Below are positions 40,097-50,302 of a DNA stretch of 64,000 nucleotides, in pieces; the stretch's first letter is position 1, and each line of letters opens with the position of its first letter. Both the position numbers and the translations under genes were made by a program. Origin of the DNA: Bacteriovoracia bacterium (lineage in GTDB: Bacteria; Bdellovibrionota; UBA1018; CAIPTA01); the NCBI GenBank assembly GCA_050246755.1, contig JBFWVL010000001.1:960001-1024000 (forward strand), written 5' to 3'. Below the pieces are notes generated by a model, which saw nothing but the letters and a program-made list of their open reading frames with translations, did not search any database and was not told where the DNA came from.

Positions 40097-40310
40097 TTCT
40101 TACTCCAAAAACGTAAATAAAGCCTATTTGCCCGGACCCGAAAAAACCCTTGCCAAAATCGCGAAGAAAAAACCTCTTCGCGCTGACTCCCCCGGGAACT
40201 TTCGGGATAAATGCCAGAACCACCTATAAAGTGTAAAAACCCAAATCTTGTTAAGTGGTAGCACTCCTCCGTACCATGGTAGCGCTGCCTTTTTCAATGG
40301 CTTTTTACCC

Positions 40311-40961
40311 CTACGAAGCCACTCCTATTGCTTTCATAATCCGTTCAAAAATGTCCTTTTCGGCGCCATCCGCCCTGATCTCCCGAAGGCGTCCTTGATG
40401 CTGATAAAAGTCAGCCACCGGCTTAGTAGAAGCCAAAAACGTAGCTAGCCGGGTCTCCACAACTTCCGGCTTATCGTCCTCGCGCTTAATTACCTTTCCG
40501 GCACACACGTCGCAAATTCCGCTCTTATGGGGCGGCTTAGTGCGCTCGTGGTAACTTGAGCCGCAATTTGCACATACTAAGCGCCCCGATAGGCGATCCA
40601 CTAACTCCTTACGATCAACCACAAAACTGAGAACATGACTCAGTTTTAGGCCAAGGCCATCTAACATGGCATCCAATGCCTGGGCTTGAGCCACTGTTCT
40701 GGGAAAACCGTCCAACATAAAGCCATTTTTGCAGTCCGCTTGCTTAATGCGATTTTGGATCAGATCAACCATGAGCGAATCGGGCACCAACTGTCCCTTA
40801 TTCATGAATTCTTTCGCCCTAACGCCTAGCGCAGATCCCTCTTTAATGGCCTCACGGAGCATATCTCCCGTAGAAAGCTGAGGAATGTTAAGTGCCTTAA
40901 CTAAAGCCTTGGCCTGCGTCCCCTTACCAGATCCAGGCGGGCCAAATAGCGCAAAGATCAT
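40311..40961 (-). CDS. adk: Adenylate kinase (Zn-lid type)
   Basis: GPPGSGKGTQ, STGDMLR, LDGFPRT, CANC..CDVC. Confidence 0.97.
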   Translation of the reverse strand: MIFALFGPPGSGKGTQAKALVKALNIPQLSTGDMLREAIKEGSALGVRAKEFMNKGQLVPDSLMVDLIQNRIKQADCKNGFMLDGFPRTVAQAQALDAMLDGLGLKLSHVLSFVVDRKELVDRLSGRLVCANCGSSYHERTKPPHKSGICDVCAGKVIKREDDKPEVVETRLATFLASTKPVADFYQHQGRLREIRADGAEKDIFERIMKAIGVAS

Positions 40962-42259
40962 TAGGCTCCCTTACGGCCCTTCATGCGCATATTCCCCATA
41001 AAGGTATCATAATGGCGGCTAAGTAAATGAGACTCCACTTGCGCCAAGGTGTCCATGGCAACACCCACGAGAATGAGAACGCTAGTACCGCCAATATAAA
41101 AAGGGATCTTCAGCGAATTACCAAGAAGCGTGGGAAGTACGCAAATCGCCGAGATATACGCCGCCCCCAAAACAGTGATCCGCACCAACACATAATCAAT
41201 AAATTCCGCAGTCTTTTCGCCCGGACGAATTCCAGGAATAAATGCACCATATTTACGAAGATTATCGGCCACATCGTCTGTCTTAAAAGTAACGGCCGTA
41301 TAGAAGAAGCAGAAAAACACGATCAAGCTCACGAATAGAACGTCATGCACGATCCCGCCGCGCAATAAATCTGTAAGTTTTACCATCATGGGCGTCTGAA
41401 TCATCATGGTCACCGTGGCGGGTAGCATGATTAATGAAGAGGCGAAAATCGGCGGAATAACACCCGAGCTGTTAATTTTCAGCGGCAAATGAGTACTTTG
41501 ACCGCCATACATTTTTCTGCCGACAACCCGCTTCGCATACTGAATAGGAATACGGCGTTGGCCACGTTCCATAAAAATAATTACAAAGAATACAGAGAAA
41601 ATAATCGCGCCAAGAAGGAGAAGCTTCATGAAGTTCAGCTCGCCGGTCTTGAATAAATTCCAGGCACTGCTGAATCCGGAAGGAATATGAGATGCAATAC
41701 CGGCAAAAATGATCAAGGAGGTACCATTTCCTATCCCGCGCTCAGTAATCTGTTCCCCCAACCACATGAGAAACATCGTTCCACCAAGCAAGGTGATCAT
41801 CGTCAAAATGCGGAAGCTCCAGCCTGGATCTAATACCACCTGAGGATTGTGCATTTGCTCAAGCCCCACGGAAATCCCATAGCCCTGAACCAAACAAAGC
41901 GCTGCAGTTGCGATTCTCGTGTACTGATTGATTTTCTTGGTTCCTGACTCGCCTTCTTTTTGCAGGGCCGCGAGAGTAGGTGAAACAACCGTGAGAAGCT
42001 GAAAGATAATGGAAGCCGAGATATACGGCATCACGCCGAGGGCCATGATCGAGAATCTCTCGAGCGCGCCGCCGGAAAACATATTAAACCAGCCGAAAAT
42101 AGTACCCGATTGCTTGGCGAAAAACGCCATCATTGCATCGGAATTTACGCCAGGAGTGGGAATATGAACGCCCAGCCGGTATACGGCTAGGGCGAACAAG
42201 GTATACAGGATTTTTTTTCTAAGCTCTGGGATCTTAAAGAGACCGTCAGCTCCGGACAT
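40961..42259 (-). CDS. secY: Preprotein translocase SecY
   Basis: SIMALGVMPYISASII, GIGNG, FIPGIRPG. Confidence 0.98.
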   Translation of the reverse strand: MSGADGLFKIPELRKKILYTLFALAVYRLGVHIPTPGVNSDAMMAFFAKQSGTIFGWFNMFSGGALERFSIMALGVMPYISASIIFQLLTVVSPTLAALQKEGESGTKKINQYTRIATAALCLVQGYGISVGLEQMHNPQVVLDPGWSFRILTMITLLGGTMFLMWLGEQITERGIGNGTSLIIFAGIASHIPSGFSSAWNLFKTGELNFMKLLLLGAIIFSVFFVIIFMERGQRRIPIQYAKRVVGRKMYGGQSTHLPLKINSSGVIPPIFASSLIMLPATVTMMIQTPMMVKLTDLLRGGIVHDVLFVSLIVFFCFFYTAVTFKTDDVADNLRKYGAFIPGIRPGEKTAEFIDYVLVRITVLGAAYISAICVLPTLLGNSLKIPFYIGGTSVLILVGVAMDTLAQVESHLLSRHYDTFMGNMRMKGRKGA

Positions 42260-42698
42260 CGATCACCTCAAGCTTAGCGCCCGCTTTTTCCAACTTCGTT
42301 TTCGCGCTCTCACTGAACTTGTGAGCCTTGATCGTGATTGCTTTTTTAATTTCGCCAACGCCCAGTACTTTCAACAAGGGCTCAGTACCTTTCAGGTATC
42401 CAGCAGCACGCAAAGACTCCAAAGAAAACTCTTTGAGATCGATTTCGTTCAGCTCAGCCAAATTGATGAGAGCGTAATGCTTGCGAGTAAAGTTATGAAA
42501 TCCGCGCTTAGGAATACGGCGAATCATCGGGGTTTGACCACCCTCATAACCAATTCTGCGTCCGCCGCCTTTACGAGCGAGCAATCCCTTGTGGCCCTTA
42601 CCGGAAGTGTCACCTTTACCGGAACCGGCCCCACGGCCAAGACGTTTTACTTTGTGGGTCGAACCCTTCGCGCCCTTTAATTCACCTAAACGGATCAT
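42246..42698 (-). CDS. rplO: 50S ribosomal protein L15
   Basis: RLGRGAGSGKG, EGGQTP. Confidence 0.97.
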   Translation of the reverse strand: MIRLGELKGAKGSTHKVKRLGRGAGSGKGDTSGKGHKGLLARKGGGRRIGYEGGQTPMIRRIPKRGFHNFTRKHYALINLAELNEIDLKEFSLESLRAAGYLKGTEPLLKVLGVGEIKKAITIKAHKFSESAKTKLEKAGAKLEVIDVRS

Positions 42699-42707
42699 GG
42701 CGTCTCC

Positions 42708-42896
42708 TTATTCTTCTTTAACTACTTGAACCAAGTGGATGACTTTTTTAATCATCCCACGGATAGCGGGGGTATTGAGGAGCTTGCGCTCGTCTTGCAA
42801 CTTGCGAAGGCCCAATCCACGAACCGTGTCGATTTGGTCCTGGGGGCATCCGATGGTGCTTCTAATAAATTTAATCGTAATGGATTTTTTAGCCAT
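42708..42896 (-). CDS. rpmD: 50S ribosomal protein L30
   Basis: RSTIG...LGLRK...RGMIKKV; conserved position. Confidence 0.95.
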   Translation of the reverse strand: MAKKSITIKFIRSTIGCPQDQIDTVRGLGLRKLQDERKLLNTPAIRGMIKKVIHLVQVVKEE

Positions 42897-42911
42897 GGCT
42901 TCTTTTCTTTC

Positions 42912-43436
42912 TTACAAGATCTCGGCAACGGCTTTGTTGCGAGCTTTTGCGATTTTTTCGAATTCCCGCAAGCGCTTCAAACCATCCATCGTAGCTTTCA
43001 CTACGTTATGCGGGTTGCGGCTACGAAGAGTTTTGGTGCGTACATTCTGAAGGCCAGCAGCCTCAAGAATTCCGCGTACGGTAGCGGAGGCAATAACGCC
43101 AGTACCTTCCACGGCGGGCTTCATGAGTACTCGGCCAGAGCAAAATTTGCCAATAATATCATGAGGAATCGACTTCGCGTCCGAGGTGATCGGCACAAGA
43201 ATCATGTTTTTCTTCGCCTGCTTGGAAGCTTTTTTGATCGCCTCGGGCACTTCGTTTGCTTTTCCCAATCCAATACCCACGTGACCTTGACGATCGCCGG
43301 CAACAACGAGAGCAGAGAAGCTAAAGCGGCGACCGCCTTTCACTACTTTTGCCACGCGGTTGATATACAGCACCTTTTCTTCGTACTGGTTACCGTCAGC
43401 GTCTACGTTTCTTTTTTTATCGTTATTCTGGTTCAA
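42912..43436 (-). CDS. rpsE: 30S ribosomal protein S5
   Basis: [21 protein letters not shown]. Confidence 0.97.
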   Translation of the reverse strand: MNQNNDKKRNVDADGNQYEEKVLYINRVAKVVKGGRRFSFSALVVAGDRQGHVGIGLGKANEVPEAIKKASKQAKKNMILVPITSDAKSIPHDIIGKFCSGRVLMKPAVEGTGVIASATVRGILEAAGLQNVRTKTLRSRNPHNVVKATMDGLKRLREFEKIAKARNKAVAEIL

Positions 43437-43457
43437 AGAAGCCTCCGAAAAATCTAA

Positions 43458-43832
43458 TTAAAACTTAAGTCCGCCTTCGCGAGCGCCGTCAGCAAATGCT
43501 TTTACTTTACCGTGGTAGAGATAGCCGGCACGATCAAAAACAACTTTATCGATCTTGGCGGCAGAGGCTTTCTTTGCCAATGCCTGGCCGAGAGCCTTAA
43601 CGCCATCTTTCGTATTTTGGGCCTTTCCCTTCAAATCCTTGCTGTTCGTCGCCATCGAGACAAGGGTCTGGGCCTTATCGTCATCGATAATCTGCGCATA
43701 GAAGGCAGTATTTGACCGGAATACGGCCAAACGAGGACGTTCGGCCGTACCCTTTACCTTAAAGCTAATGCGCTTTCGGCGACGTACCCGGTTACGAACT
43801 GAATCTGAAACTCTCTTACTAATCTTTTTCAC
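43458..43832 (-). CDS. rplR: 50S ribosomal protein L18
   Basis: RPRLAVFRSN, FDRAGYLYHG. Confidence 0.97.
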   Translation of the reverse strand: MKKISKRVSDSVRNRVRRRKRISFKVKGTAERPRLAVFRSNTAFYAQIIDDDKAQTLVSMATNSKDLKGKAQNTKDGVKALGQALAKKASAAKIDKVVFDRAGYLYHGKVKAFADGAREGGLKF

Positions 43833-43850
43833 AAAAACTCCTGTTAAACT

Positions 43851-44402
43851 TTATTTCGCGCCAGCGGCGCCAGCAGCTTTACCAGCTTTGCGACGAACAA
43901 ATTCACCGGCGTAGCGAATGCCTTTACCTTGGTAAGGCTCGACGGGCTTTAAACCGCGAATTTCAGCCGATACAGCTCCCACGAGATGCTTGTCGGATCC
44001 AGAAATCGTGATCTTAGTATTTGCATCTACTTTCGCAGTAATTCCGGTCGGCAGAGCAAATGCAACGGGATGAGAAAAACCAAGGGTCATATTCAGGGTC
44101 TGCCCTTGTACAGCGGCGCGGTAACCCACCCCGTTGATCTCAAGCCCCTTAGAATAACCACTGGCCACGCCGTGCACGCAGTTAGCCAGCAAGGTTCGCG
44201 TAAGACCATGAAGCGCCGGAGCACCTTCCACACTGTCGTCACGAGTCACAAACATGTGGTCGCCTTCGATTTTAACTTTAATGCAGCTAGGCACTTTATG
44301 CGAAAGCTTACCTTTAGGACCTTCAAAGTTATAAACTTCGCCCTTGTTGGAAACTTTTACTCCAGCAGGAATTTTAATCGATTGTTTTCCGATACGAGAC
44401 AT
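43851..44402 (-). CDS. rplF: 50S ribosomal protein L6
   Basis: MSRIGK, GVGYRA, PYQGKGIRY. Confidence 0.97.
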   Translation of the reverse strand: MSRIGKQSIKIPAGVKVSNKGEVYNFEGPKGKLSHKVPSCIKVKIEGDHMFVTRDDSVEGAPALHGLTRTLLANCVHGVASGYSKGLEINGVGYRAAVQGQTLNMTLGFSHPVAFALPTGITAKVDANTKITISGSDKHLVGAVSAEIRGLKPVEPYQGKGIRYAGEFVRRKAGKAAGAAGAK

Positions 44403-44411
44403 AGCTTCTCC

Positions 44412-44804
44412 CTACCAAACCGAACAAATGAGCTCGCCGCCCACTCGCTGCTTCTTGGCTTCACGGCCCGTCATCACACCCTTAGGGGTGGACAAGATTA
44501 CGATACCGGCACCATTCAGTGTGCGCGGAATTTCGTCTACACCAACGTAGCGACGCAAGCCCGGCTTGCTCTCGCGATCGATGCCAGTGATGGCTTTATT
44601 TCCAGTTTCGGTCTTCAAATAAATCCGCAACGAATGCTTGCCATCGGCACGCACTAGACGAAAATTTTTAATATAGCCTTCGTCTTTAAGTACTCGGGCA
44701 ATATTCGCCTTCAAGCGAGAAACCGGTGCTTCAACAATGTCCAAATTGGCCATGTTGGCGTTACGAATTCTCGTTAAGAGGTCTGCTACAGGATCGGTAT
44801 ACAT
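44412..44804 (-). CDS. rpsH: 30S ribosomal protein S8
   Basis: DPVADLLTRIRNA, STPKGVMT, GGELIC. Confidence 0.97.
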   Translation of the reverse strand: MYTDPVADLLTRIRNANMANLDIVEAPVSRLKANIARVLKDEGYIKNFRLVRADGKHSLRIYLKTETGNKAITGIDRESKPGLRRYVGVDEIPRTLNGAGIVILSTPKGVMTGREAKKQRVGGELICSVW

Positions 44805-44830
44805 TTTTCGATCTCCTTAAAATTCCAAAA

Positions 44831-45016
44831 TTAGAAGCTGGACTTAGTCACACCGGGGAGCTGCCCGGTTAGTGCTAGTTTACGGAAGCAAATACGGCAC
44901 ATGTTGAACTTCCGCATGAAAGCCCGAGGGCGTCCGCAGAGAGGGCAACGATTCTTGTGCCGCACCTTGAACTTCGGCGCCTTCTTCATTTTTTCTAACT
45001 TACACTTCTTAGACAT
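44831..45016 (-). CDS. rpsN: 30S ribosomal protein S14 (Zn type)
   Basis: RCPLCGRPR...CRICFR. Confidence 0.97.
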   Translation of the reverse strand: MSKKCKLEKMKKAPKFKVRHKNRCPLCGRPRAFMRKFNMCRICFRKLALTGQLPGVTKSSF

Positions 45017-45028
45017 TCATCAGCTCCC

Positions 45029-45709
45029 TTATTTCCTGAACGGCATGCCGAGTTCGGCTAACAACATTCGCGCCGACTCGTTGTCTTTCGCGGTGGTTAC
45101 GAACGTAATATTCATGCCACGCGCCTTATCCACTCGGTCAAAATTGATCTCAGGGAAGATAACTTGCTCACGAAGACCAAGAGTATAGTTACCGCGTCCA
45201 TCGAAAGACTTTGGGCTAACGCCGCGGAAGTCGCGCACGCGAGGCAAAGATACGTTCATGAGGCGATCCATGAACTCGTACATACGTTTATTTCTAAGAG
45301 TAACCATGGCACCCAGAGGAATTCCTTTGCGCAATTTGAATGCCGCGATGGCTTTTTTGGCGCGAGTAGGAATGGGCTTCTGGCCGGTGATCACTGCCAG
45401 TTCGGCGGTGAGGTTATCGAGAATTTTCGGGTTAGCAACGGCGTCTTTCGTAACGGCGTTTACTACGATCCGAGTAATTTTCGGCACTTCCATAGGATTC
45501 GTGAGATTCAGCTTCTTCATCAAGCTGGGAACAATTACTTCTTCATATTGCTTGCGCAAACGAGGAAATTTGTTCGCCTTCGGATCATTAGCGCCGGCAA
45601 GTTCAAAGAGCGAACCTACGGCTCCTTTGGACTTCTTCGTGCCTTCTTTTTTCGGAGCGGCGGCCTTCGGGGCTGCTTCGGATGCTTCTTTTTTCTTTTC
45701 GTCTGCCAT
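45029..45709 (-). CDS. rplE: 50S ribosomal protein L5 with N-terminal extension
   Basis: [22 protein letters not shown]. Confidence 0.97.
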   Translation of the reverse strand: MADEKKKEASEAAPKAAAPKKEGTKKSKGAVGSLFELAGANDPKANKFPRLRKQYEEVIVPSLMKKLNLTNPMEVPKITRIVVNAVTKDAVANPKILDNLTAELAVITGQKPIPTRAKKAIAAFKLRKGIPLGAMVTLRNKRMYEFMDRLMNVSLPRVRDFRGVSPKSFDGRGNYTLGLREQVIFPEINFDRVDKARGMNITFVTTAKDNESARMLLAELGMPFRK

Positions 45710-45727
45710 AATTACTTCCTAAATCGC

Positions 45728-46096
45728 TTAAAGAACTTCAGGTGCCAAAGAGATAATTTTTGCGTAACCAGCACCGCGAAGCTCTCTCGCGATGGGGCCG
45801 AAGATACGCGTTCCTACCGGCTCTTTCTGGGCGTTAATCAAAACTGCTGCGTTATCGTCGAAACGAATATAAGAGCCGTCGGGGCGCTTAATTTCTTTTT
45901 TCGTACGAACGATTACGGCTTTAACCACGTCGCCTTTTTTTACTTTCGACCCAGTGTCGGAAACCTTCACCGTGGCCACAATAATATCGCCAATCGAAGC
46001 GTAACGACGACGGGTGCCACCAAGAACGCGGATACATTGAATCGCGCGGGCGCCCGAATTGTCTGCTACGTCGAGATTTGATTCTTGCTGGATCAT
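45728..46096 (-). CDS. rplN: 50S ribosomal protein L14
   Basis: VADNSGA, GTRIFGP, SLAPEVL. Confidence 0.98.
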   Translation of the reverse strand: MIQQESNLDVADNSGARAIQCIRVLGGTRRRYASIGDIIVATVKVSDTGSKVKKGDVVKAVIVRTKKEIKRPDGSYIRFDDNAAVLINAQKEPVGTRIFGPIARELRGAGYAKIISLAPEVL

Positions 46097-46123
46097 TTCT
46101 ACTCCCTATTCGCTAAATGCGAA

Positions 46124-46399
46124 CTAAACCCCTGAAGCCTTACGAAGAATATTTTTCAAAGCGTACCGCTTGTCTTTGCTAAGCGGACGAGTGGTCACCA
46201 ACTGCACTAAATCGCCAATCGAGGCTGAGTTAGTTTCGTCGTGAGCCTTCACCTTTTTGGTCTTGGTGATAAACTTACCATATTTAGCATGACGAATGCG
46301 GCGGTCTAATTTTACAACGATAGTTTTCTGCATTTTATTGCTGATAACCACGCCCACTTCTTCGCGCTTCGGTTTTGCTGCAATTACTTTCTTTTCCAT
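46124..46399 (-). CDS. rpsQ: 30S ribosomal protein S17
   Basis: [15 protein letters not shown]. Confidence 0.97.
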   Translation of the reverse strand: MEKKVIAAKPKREEVGVVISNKMQKTIVVKLDRRIRHAKYGKFITKTKKVKAHDETNSASIGDLVQLVTTRPLSKDKRYALKNILRKASGV

Positions 46400-46417
46400 A
46401 AATCTGTCCTTTTTCTA

Positions 46418-46633
46418 TTACGCGCGCGCGCTCGCCTTAGTGGTGATTGCGGTCTTAATTCTGGCCAATTCTTTCCGGGCAAGCTTCGTCATTGCGGTGC
46501 TAGCCAACTGGCCGGTTTTCGACTGCATGCGAAGCTGAAAAATATGGTCTTCGAGCTCGAGAATCTTCGAGCGAAGCTCCTTCTCGCCCAATCCTTTGAT
46601 TTCTTTTTTTAACTTCGAAATTCTGTGCGCCAT
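46418..46633 (-). CDS. rpmC: 50S ribosomal protein L29
   Basis: FQLRMQ..TGQL, RKELARIKT. Confidence 0.94.
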   Translation of the reverse strand: MAHRISKLKKEIKGLGEKELRSKILELEDHIFQLRMQSKTGQLASTAMTKLARKELARIKTAITTKASARA

Positions 46634-46643
46634 AATCTTCTAC

Positions 46644-47072
46644 CTACTTAGCTGCGGCGGCAGCCGAAGCCTTTGCAATAATTTTTGTTTTCAAAGGCAA
46701 CTTGTAGTTTGCCAAGCTGAGGGCACTGTCGGCTTCAGCTTTAGTTACACCTTTGATTTCATAAAGGATGCGGCCCGGTTTGATCACGCAAACCCAGTCT
46801 TCCACGTTACCTTTACCGCTACCCATCCGCGTCTCAGCTGCCTTCTTAGTACGAGGCTTGTCTGGGAAAATGCGAATCCACATCTGGCCACCTTTTTTGG
46901 TGTACTTAGACACGGCGATACGCGCTGCTTCAATCTGACGCGACGTTATATAACCGCATTCAGCTGCCTGCAAGCCGTAATCCCCATGAAGTAGGGTATT
47001 GCCACGAAGGCATTTGCCTTTCATGTTTCCTTTTTGCTGCTTACGCCATTTAACTCTTTTTGGGGCTAGCAC
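46644..47072 (-). CDS. rplP: 50S ribosomal protein L16
   Basis: IEAARIA, RMGSGKG. Confidence 0.97.
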   Translation of the reverse strand: MLAPKRVKWRKQQKGNMKGKCLRGNTLLHGDYGLQAAECGYITSRQIEAARIAVSKYTKKGGQMWIRIFPDKPRTKKAAETRMGSGKGNVEDWVCVIKPGRILYEIKGVTKAEADSALSLANYKLPLKTKIIAKASAAAAAK

Positions 47073-47081
47073 TGGCTCTCC

Positions 47082-47762
47082 TTACTTTCTATCGTTCTGG
47101 GTGTTAGCTGCAGCCTCAGCGCCTTTGCCAGGCTTACGGAGGGGAACGTCACCTTTATAAATCCATGTTTTGATTCCGATGATGCCGTACGTGGTATGGG
47201 CTTCAGCAGTTCCATAATCAATATCAGCTCTTAGCGTATGAAGCGGGATGCTTCCTTCGCTATAGCCTTCAGTTCGGGCGATCTCTGCTCCGCCAACACG
47301 ACCAGAAACACGAACCTTGATTCCGCGTACTCCCATTTTAATGGCAGTAGCGAGCGCCTTCTTCATCGCGCGACGGAAAGCTACCCGCTTTTCAAGCTGG
47401 GCGCCAATCGACTCTGACACCAGGGTCGCATCGATTTCGGGCTTACGTACTTCGAGAATATTAAGAAGCAATTCATTTTTCGTGAGTGCTTGCACTTCTT
47501 CGCGCAGTTGGTCTACGCCAGAGCCTTTTTTCCCAATAATAAGACCAGGACGAGCGCTGTAAACGTTTACTTTTACTTTATTTGCGGCTCTTTCGATTTC
47601 AATTTTTGAAATACCAGCCTGGTAAAGCTTCTTCTTCAAGAATTTCTTGATGAGGATGTCTTCGTGAAGAAGCTCAGCATAGTTCTTTTTTGCGAACCAG
47701 CGAGAATCCCAGGTACGGGTTATGCCAAGACGGAATCCAATCGGATTAGTTTTTTGACCCAT
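47082..47762 (-). CDS. rpsC: 30S ribosomal protein S3
   Basis: [22 protein letters not shown]. Confidence 0.98.
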   Translation of the reverse strand: MGQKTNPIGFRLGITRTWDSRWFAKKNYAELLHEDILIKKFLKKKLYQAGISKIEIERAANKVKVNVYSARPGLIIGKKGSGVDQLREEVQALTKNELLLNILEVRKPEIDATLVSESIGAQLEKRVAFRRAMKKALATAIKMGVRGIKVRVSGRVGGAEIARTEGYSEGSIPLHTLRADIDYGTAEAHTTYGIIGIKTWIYKGDVPLRKPGKGAEAAANTQNDRK

Positions 47763-47765
47763 GGT

Positions 47766-48104
47766 CTACCTTTCCTCCAGAATCACAGTGATATGGCTAG
47801 TCTTTTTCAAAATCCGCATGCCCTGGCCTTTTGCGCGCGAAGTAAAGCGCTTCATCGTGGGGCCTTGGTCAACCAGAAGCGACTTAATGAAGAGATTATC
47901 TACATCAACTCGGCCTTTCTGTTCGGCATTGGCTACCGCGCTTTCCACTACAGTGGCGATCGTGTGAGCCGTGCGCTTACGTGGGTTAAACTTCAGAATA
48001 GTGAGGGCATCGTTAACCGATTTCCCACGAACCATATCTGAAACCAACCGCACTTTTCGCGGAGTGATTCGGATGTGCCTAGCAATTGCTTTAGATGCTG
48101 CCAT
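47766..48104 (-). CDS. rplV: 50S ribosomal protein L22
   Basis: TPRKVRLV, SAVANA, RAKG. Confidence 0.97.
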   Translation of the reverse strand: MAASKAIARHIRITPRKVRLVSDMVRGKSVNDALTILKFNPRKRTAHTIATVVESAVANAEQKGRVDVDNLFIKSLLVDQGPTMKRFTSRAKGQGMRILKKTSHITVILEER

Positions 48105-48113
48105 AAATCCTCG

Positions 48114-48467
48114 TTACTTCTTCGCCGCGGGCGCTGCTGGAGCTGCCGCGGGCGCTGCTGCAGGAGCTGCGCTTGCGCCGCCACCACCAGCCGATGCTTC
48201 TTTTTTATCTGCCATAGTATGTCCATGGAAAGTACGCGTAGGTGCAAACTCGCCTACTTTGTGTCCAACCATGTTTTCCGTTACGTAAACCGGAATAAAC
48301 TTTTTGCCGTTATGAACAGCAAACGTAAGACCCACGAAATCCGGCAAGATCATCGAACGACGCGACCACGTCTTAATCGCTTTCTTGTCGTTGGTCTCCT
48401 TAGCCTTCTCCACTTTTCCAATCAAGTGAGAGTCTACGAAGGGGCCTTTTTTAAGTGAACGTCCCAT
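48114..48467 (-). CDS. rpsS: 30S ribosomal protein S19 with Ala/Pro-rich tail
   Basis: [25 protein letters not shown]. Confidence 0.97.
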   Translation of the reverse strand: MGRSLKKGPFVDSHLIGKVEKAKETNDKKAIKTWSRRSMILPDFVGLTFAVHNGKKFIPVYVTENMVGHKVGEFAPTRTFHGHTMADKKEASAGGGGASAAPAAAPAAAPAAPAAKK

Positions 48468-48477
48468 CTCTTACTCC

Positions 48478-49296
48478 TTAGCGACGGCGCTTCACGATGA
48501 AGCCGTCGGTACGTTTATTATTTCTAGTTTTAAGACCTTTGGTGTACCAGCCCCACGGAGAACGGGGGAGACCACCGGAAGCCTTACCCTCACCACCACC
48601 CATGGGGTGATCGATGGGATTCATCGCTACGCCGCGTACCGTGGGACGAATCCCCATCTTGCGCGAACGGCCAGCCTTGCCAATCGTGATATTCTCGTGT
48701 TCGGTATTGCCCACTTGACCAATAGTGGCGCGGCAGTCAAGGAGCACTCGACGAGTTTCGCCAGACGGCATGCGGATCTGACCGTATTCACCTTCACGAC
48801 CCAGAATCTGCGCATAGGCACCGGCAGAGCGAACCATTTGGCCGCCCTTTCCGGGACGAAGCTCGATATTATGGATCAAGGTTCCCACCGGAATATTCTT
48901 TAAGCTGAGGGTATTTCCCGGCTTAATGTCGGCCTCTTCACTTGAGATTACCGAATCACCAACATTTAAATTGATGGGGGCAAGAATATAACGCTTTTCG
49001 CCGTCCACATACTGCAAGAGAGCGATATACGAAGTGCGGTTAGGATCATATTCCAGGGCCACTACTTTGGCCGGAATTCCAACTTTATCGCGCTTGAAAT
49101 CGATCAAACGGTAATGCTGACGAACACCTCCACCATGGTGGCGCGTGGTGATACGGCCGTGGTTGTTGCGGCCCGCATGAGATTTCTTCGACTCCAGAAG
49201 GCTCTTTTCAGGATCCTTTTTCGTGAGGACGCTGAAATCCGCCGTAGTCATGTATCGTCGTGCCGGCGTTATGGGTCGATATGTTTTTACTGCCAT
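48478..49296 (-). CDS. rplB: 50S ribosomal protein L2
   Basis: [24 protein letters not shown]. Confidence 0.98.
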   Translation of the reverse strand: MAVKTYRPITPARRYMTTADFSVLTKKDPEKSLLESKKSHAGRNNHGRITTRHHGGGVRQHYRLIDFKRDKVGIPAKVVALEYDPNRTSYIALLQYVDGEKRYILAPINLNVGDSVISSEEADIKPGNTLSLKNIPVGTLIHNIELRPGKGGQMVRSAGAYAQILGREGEYGQIRMPSGETRRVLLDCRATIGQVGNTEHENITIGKAGRSRKMGIRPTVRGVAMNPIDHPMGGGEGKASGGLPRSPWGWYTKGLKTRNNKRTDGFIVKRRR

Positions 49297-49351
49297 GTCG
49301 TTACCTTTCCCTGTTCAACAGTTTTTCAGCCAATAAGGCTCTACCTACTGC

Positions 49352-49639
49352 TTAAACTCCCTTAAAGAATTCAATTTTTTCACCCTGCTTGAGGGTGACC
49401 ATTGCTTTTTTCCAAGACGCCGATTTGGCCTCACGAGTTTTCGTGCGGTAAGCCTTGCCCGGAACAACGGTGGTATTAACTTTTGCTACCTTCACCTTAA
49501 AAAAGCGCTCTACGGCTTCTTTAATCTGCGGTTTAGTCGCGCCCAAAGTTACTTCGAAAGCGACCTGATTAATGGCCTCCGCCTGCGCAGTACTTTTTTC
49601 GCTCAAAATTGGTCTTTTAATTACATTGATGGCTGCCAT
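49352..49639 (-). CDS. rplW: 50S ribosomal protein L23
   Basis: PILSEK, KVNT, WKKAMVTL; ATG 49639 preceded by AGGAG. Confidence 0.96.
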   Translation of the reverse strand: MAAINVIKRPILSEKSTAQAEAINQVAFEVTLGATKPQIKEAVERFFKVKVAKVNTTVVPGKAYRTKTREAKSASWKKAMVTLKQGEKIEFFKGV

Positions 49640-49649
49640 TTTTTGCTCC

Positions 49650-50288
49650 TTACGCCTTAGCCGCTTTAGTAGAGGCCAAGCGCTCACCCATTGCCAGGGC
49701 GGCTTTCTTAGAAACAACTAACCACTCATGATTCACTACGTCGTAAACATTCAGTCCTTCGGAACGAAGGTATTTATGTTTTGCGAGGTTACGAGCCGCA
49801 AGTTCTAAATTTTTATTTTCGCCGTCCACGATCAAGGCCTTGGAAAACCCGAAAGTGCTAAGCACACCAACAATCTCCTTGGTCTTAGGCTTAGCAAATT
49901 TGAGGTCATCAATGATGATCAATCGATCGCTAGCAAATTTATCCGAAAGCGCCGAACGCATTGCCGCTTGAGCCATTTTTTTTGGAAAAGCCTTAAAATA
50001 AGAGCGCGGCTTAGGACCAAAACTCTCACCGCCACCCGGCATCAAAGGCGAACGGGTAGAACCCTGACGGGCATTACCAGTTCCTTTTTGCTTGAATGGC
50101 TTGCGCCCACCGCCGCGAACTTCGGCTTTGGTTTTCGTAGAAGCCGTACCGCGCCGACGACCAGCAAGCTGAGTTACCACTGCTTGGTGGATAATCGCCG
50201 TGCTCACCTCGGTTTTGAAAACCGAGTCCGGAAGATCGACCGTGCCGACTTCTTGATTCTTTAGATTAAAAACTTTTACGACTGCCAT
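49650..50288 (-). CDS. rplD: 50S ribosomal protein L4
   Basis: GGGRKPFKQKGTGNAR, FGPKPR. Confidence 0.97.
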   Translation of the reverse strand: MAVVKVFNLKNQEVGTVDLPDSVFKTEVSTAIIHQAVVTQLAGRRRGTASTKTKAEVRGGGRKPFKQKGTGNARQGSTRSPLMPGGGESFGPKPRSYFKAFPKKMAQAAMRSALSDKFASDRLIIIDDLKFAKPKTKEIVGVLSTFGFSKALIVDGENKNLELAARNLAKHKYLRSEGLNVYDVVNHEWLVVSKKAALAMGERLASTKAAKA

Positions 50289-50302
50289 ATTCTATCCTGT
50301 TC

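Noticed and set aside
45575-45709. L5 N-terminal extension as a fused L24 remnant
   Set aside because: Low-complexity K/A/E sequence with no KOW motif or other L24 signature
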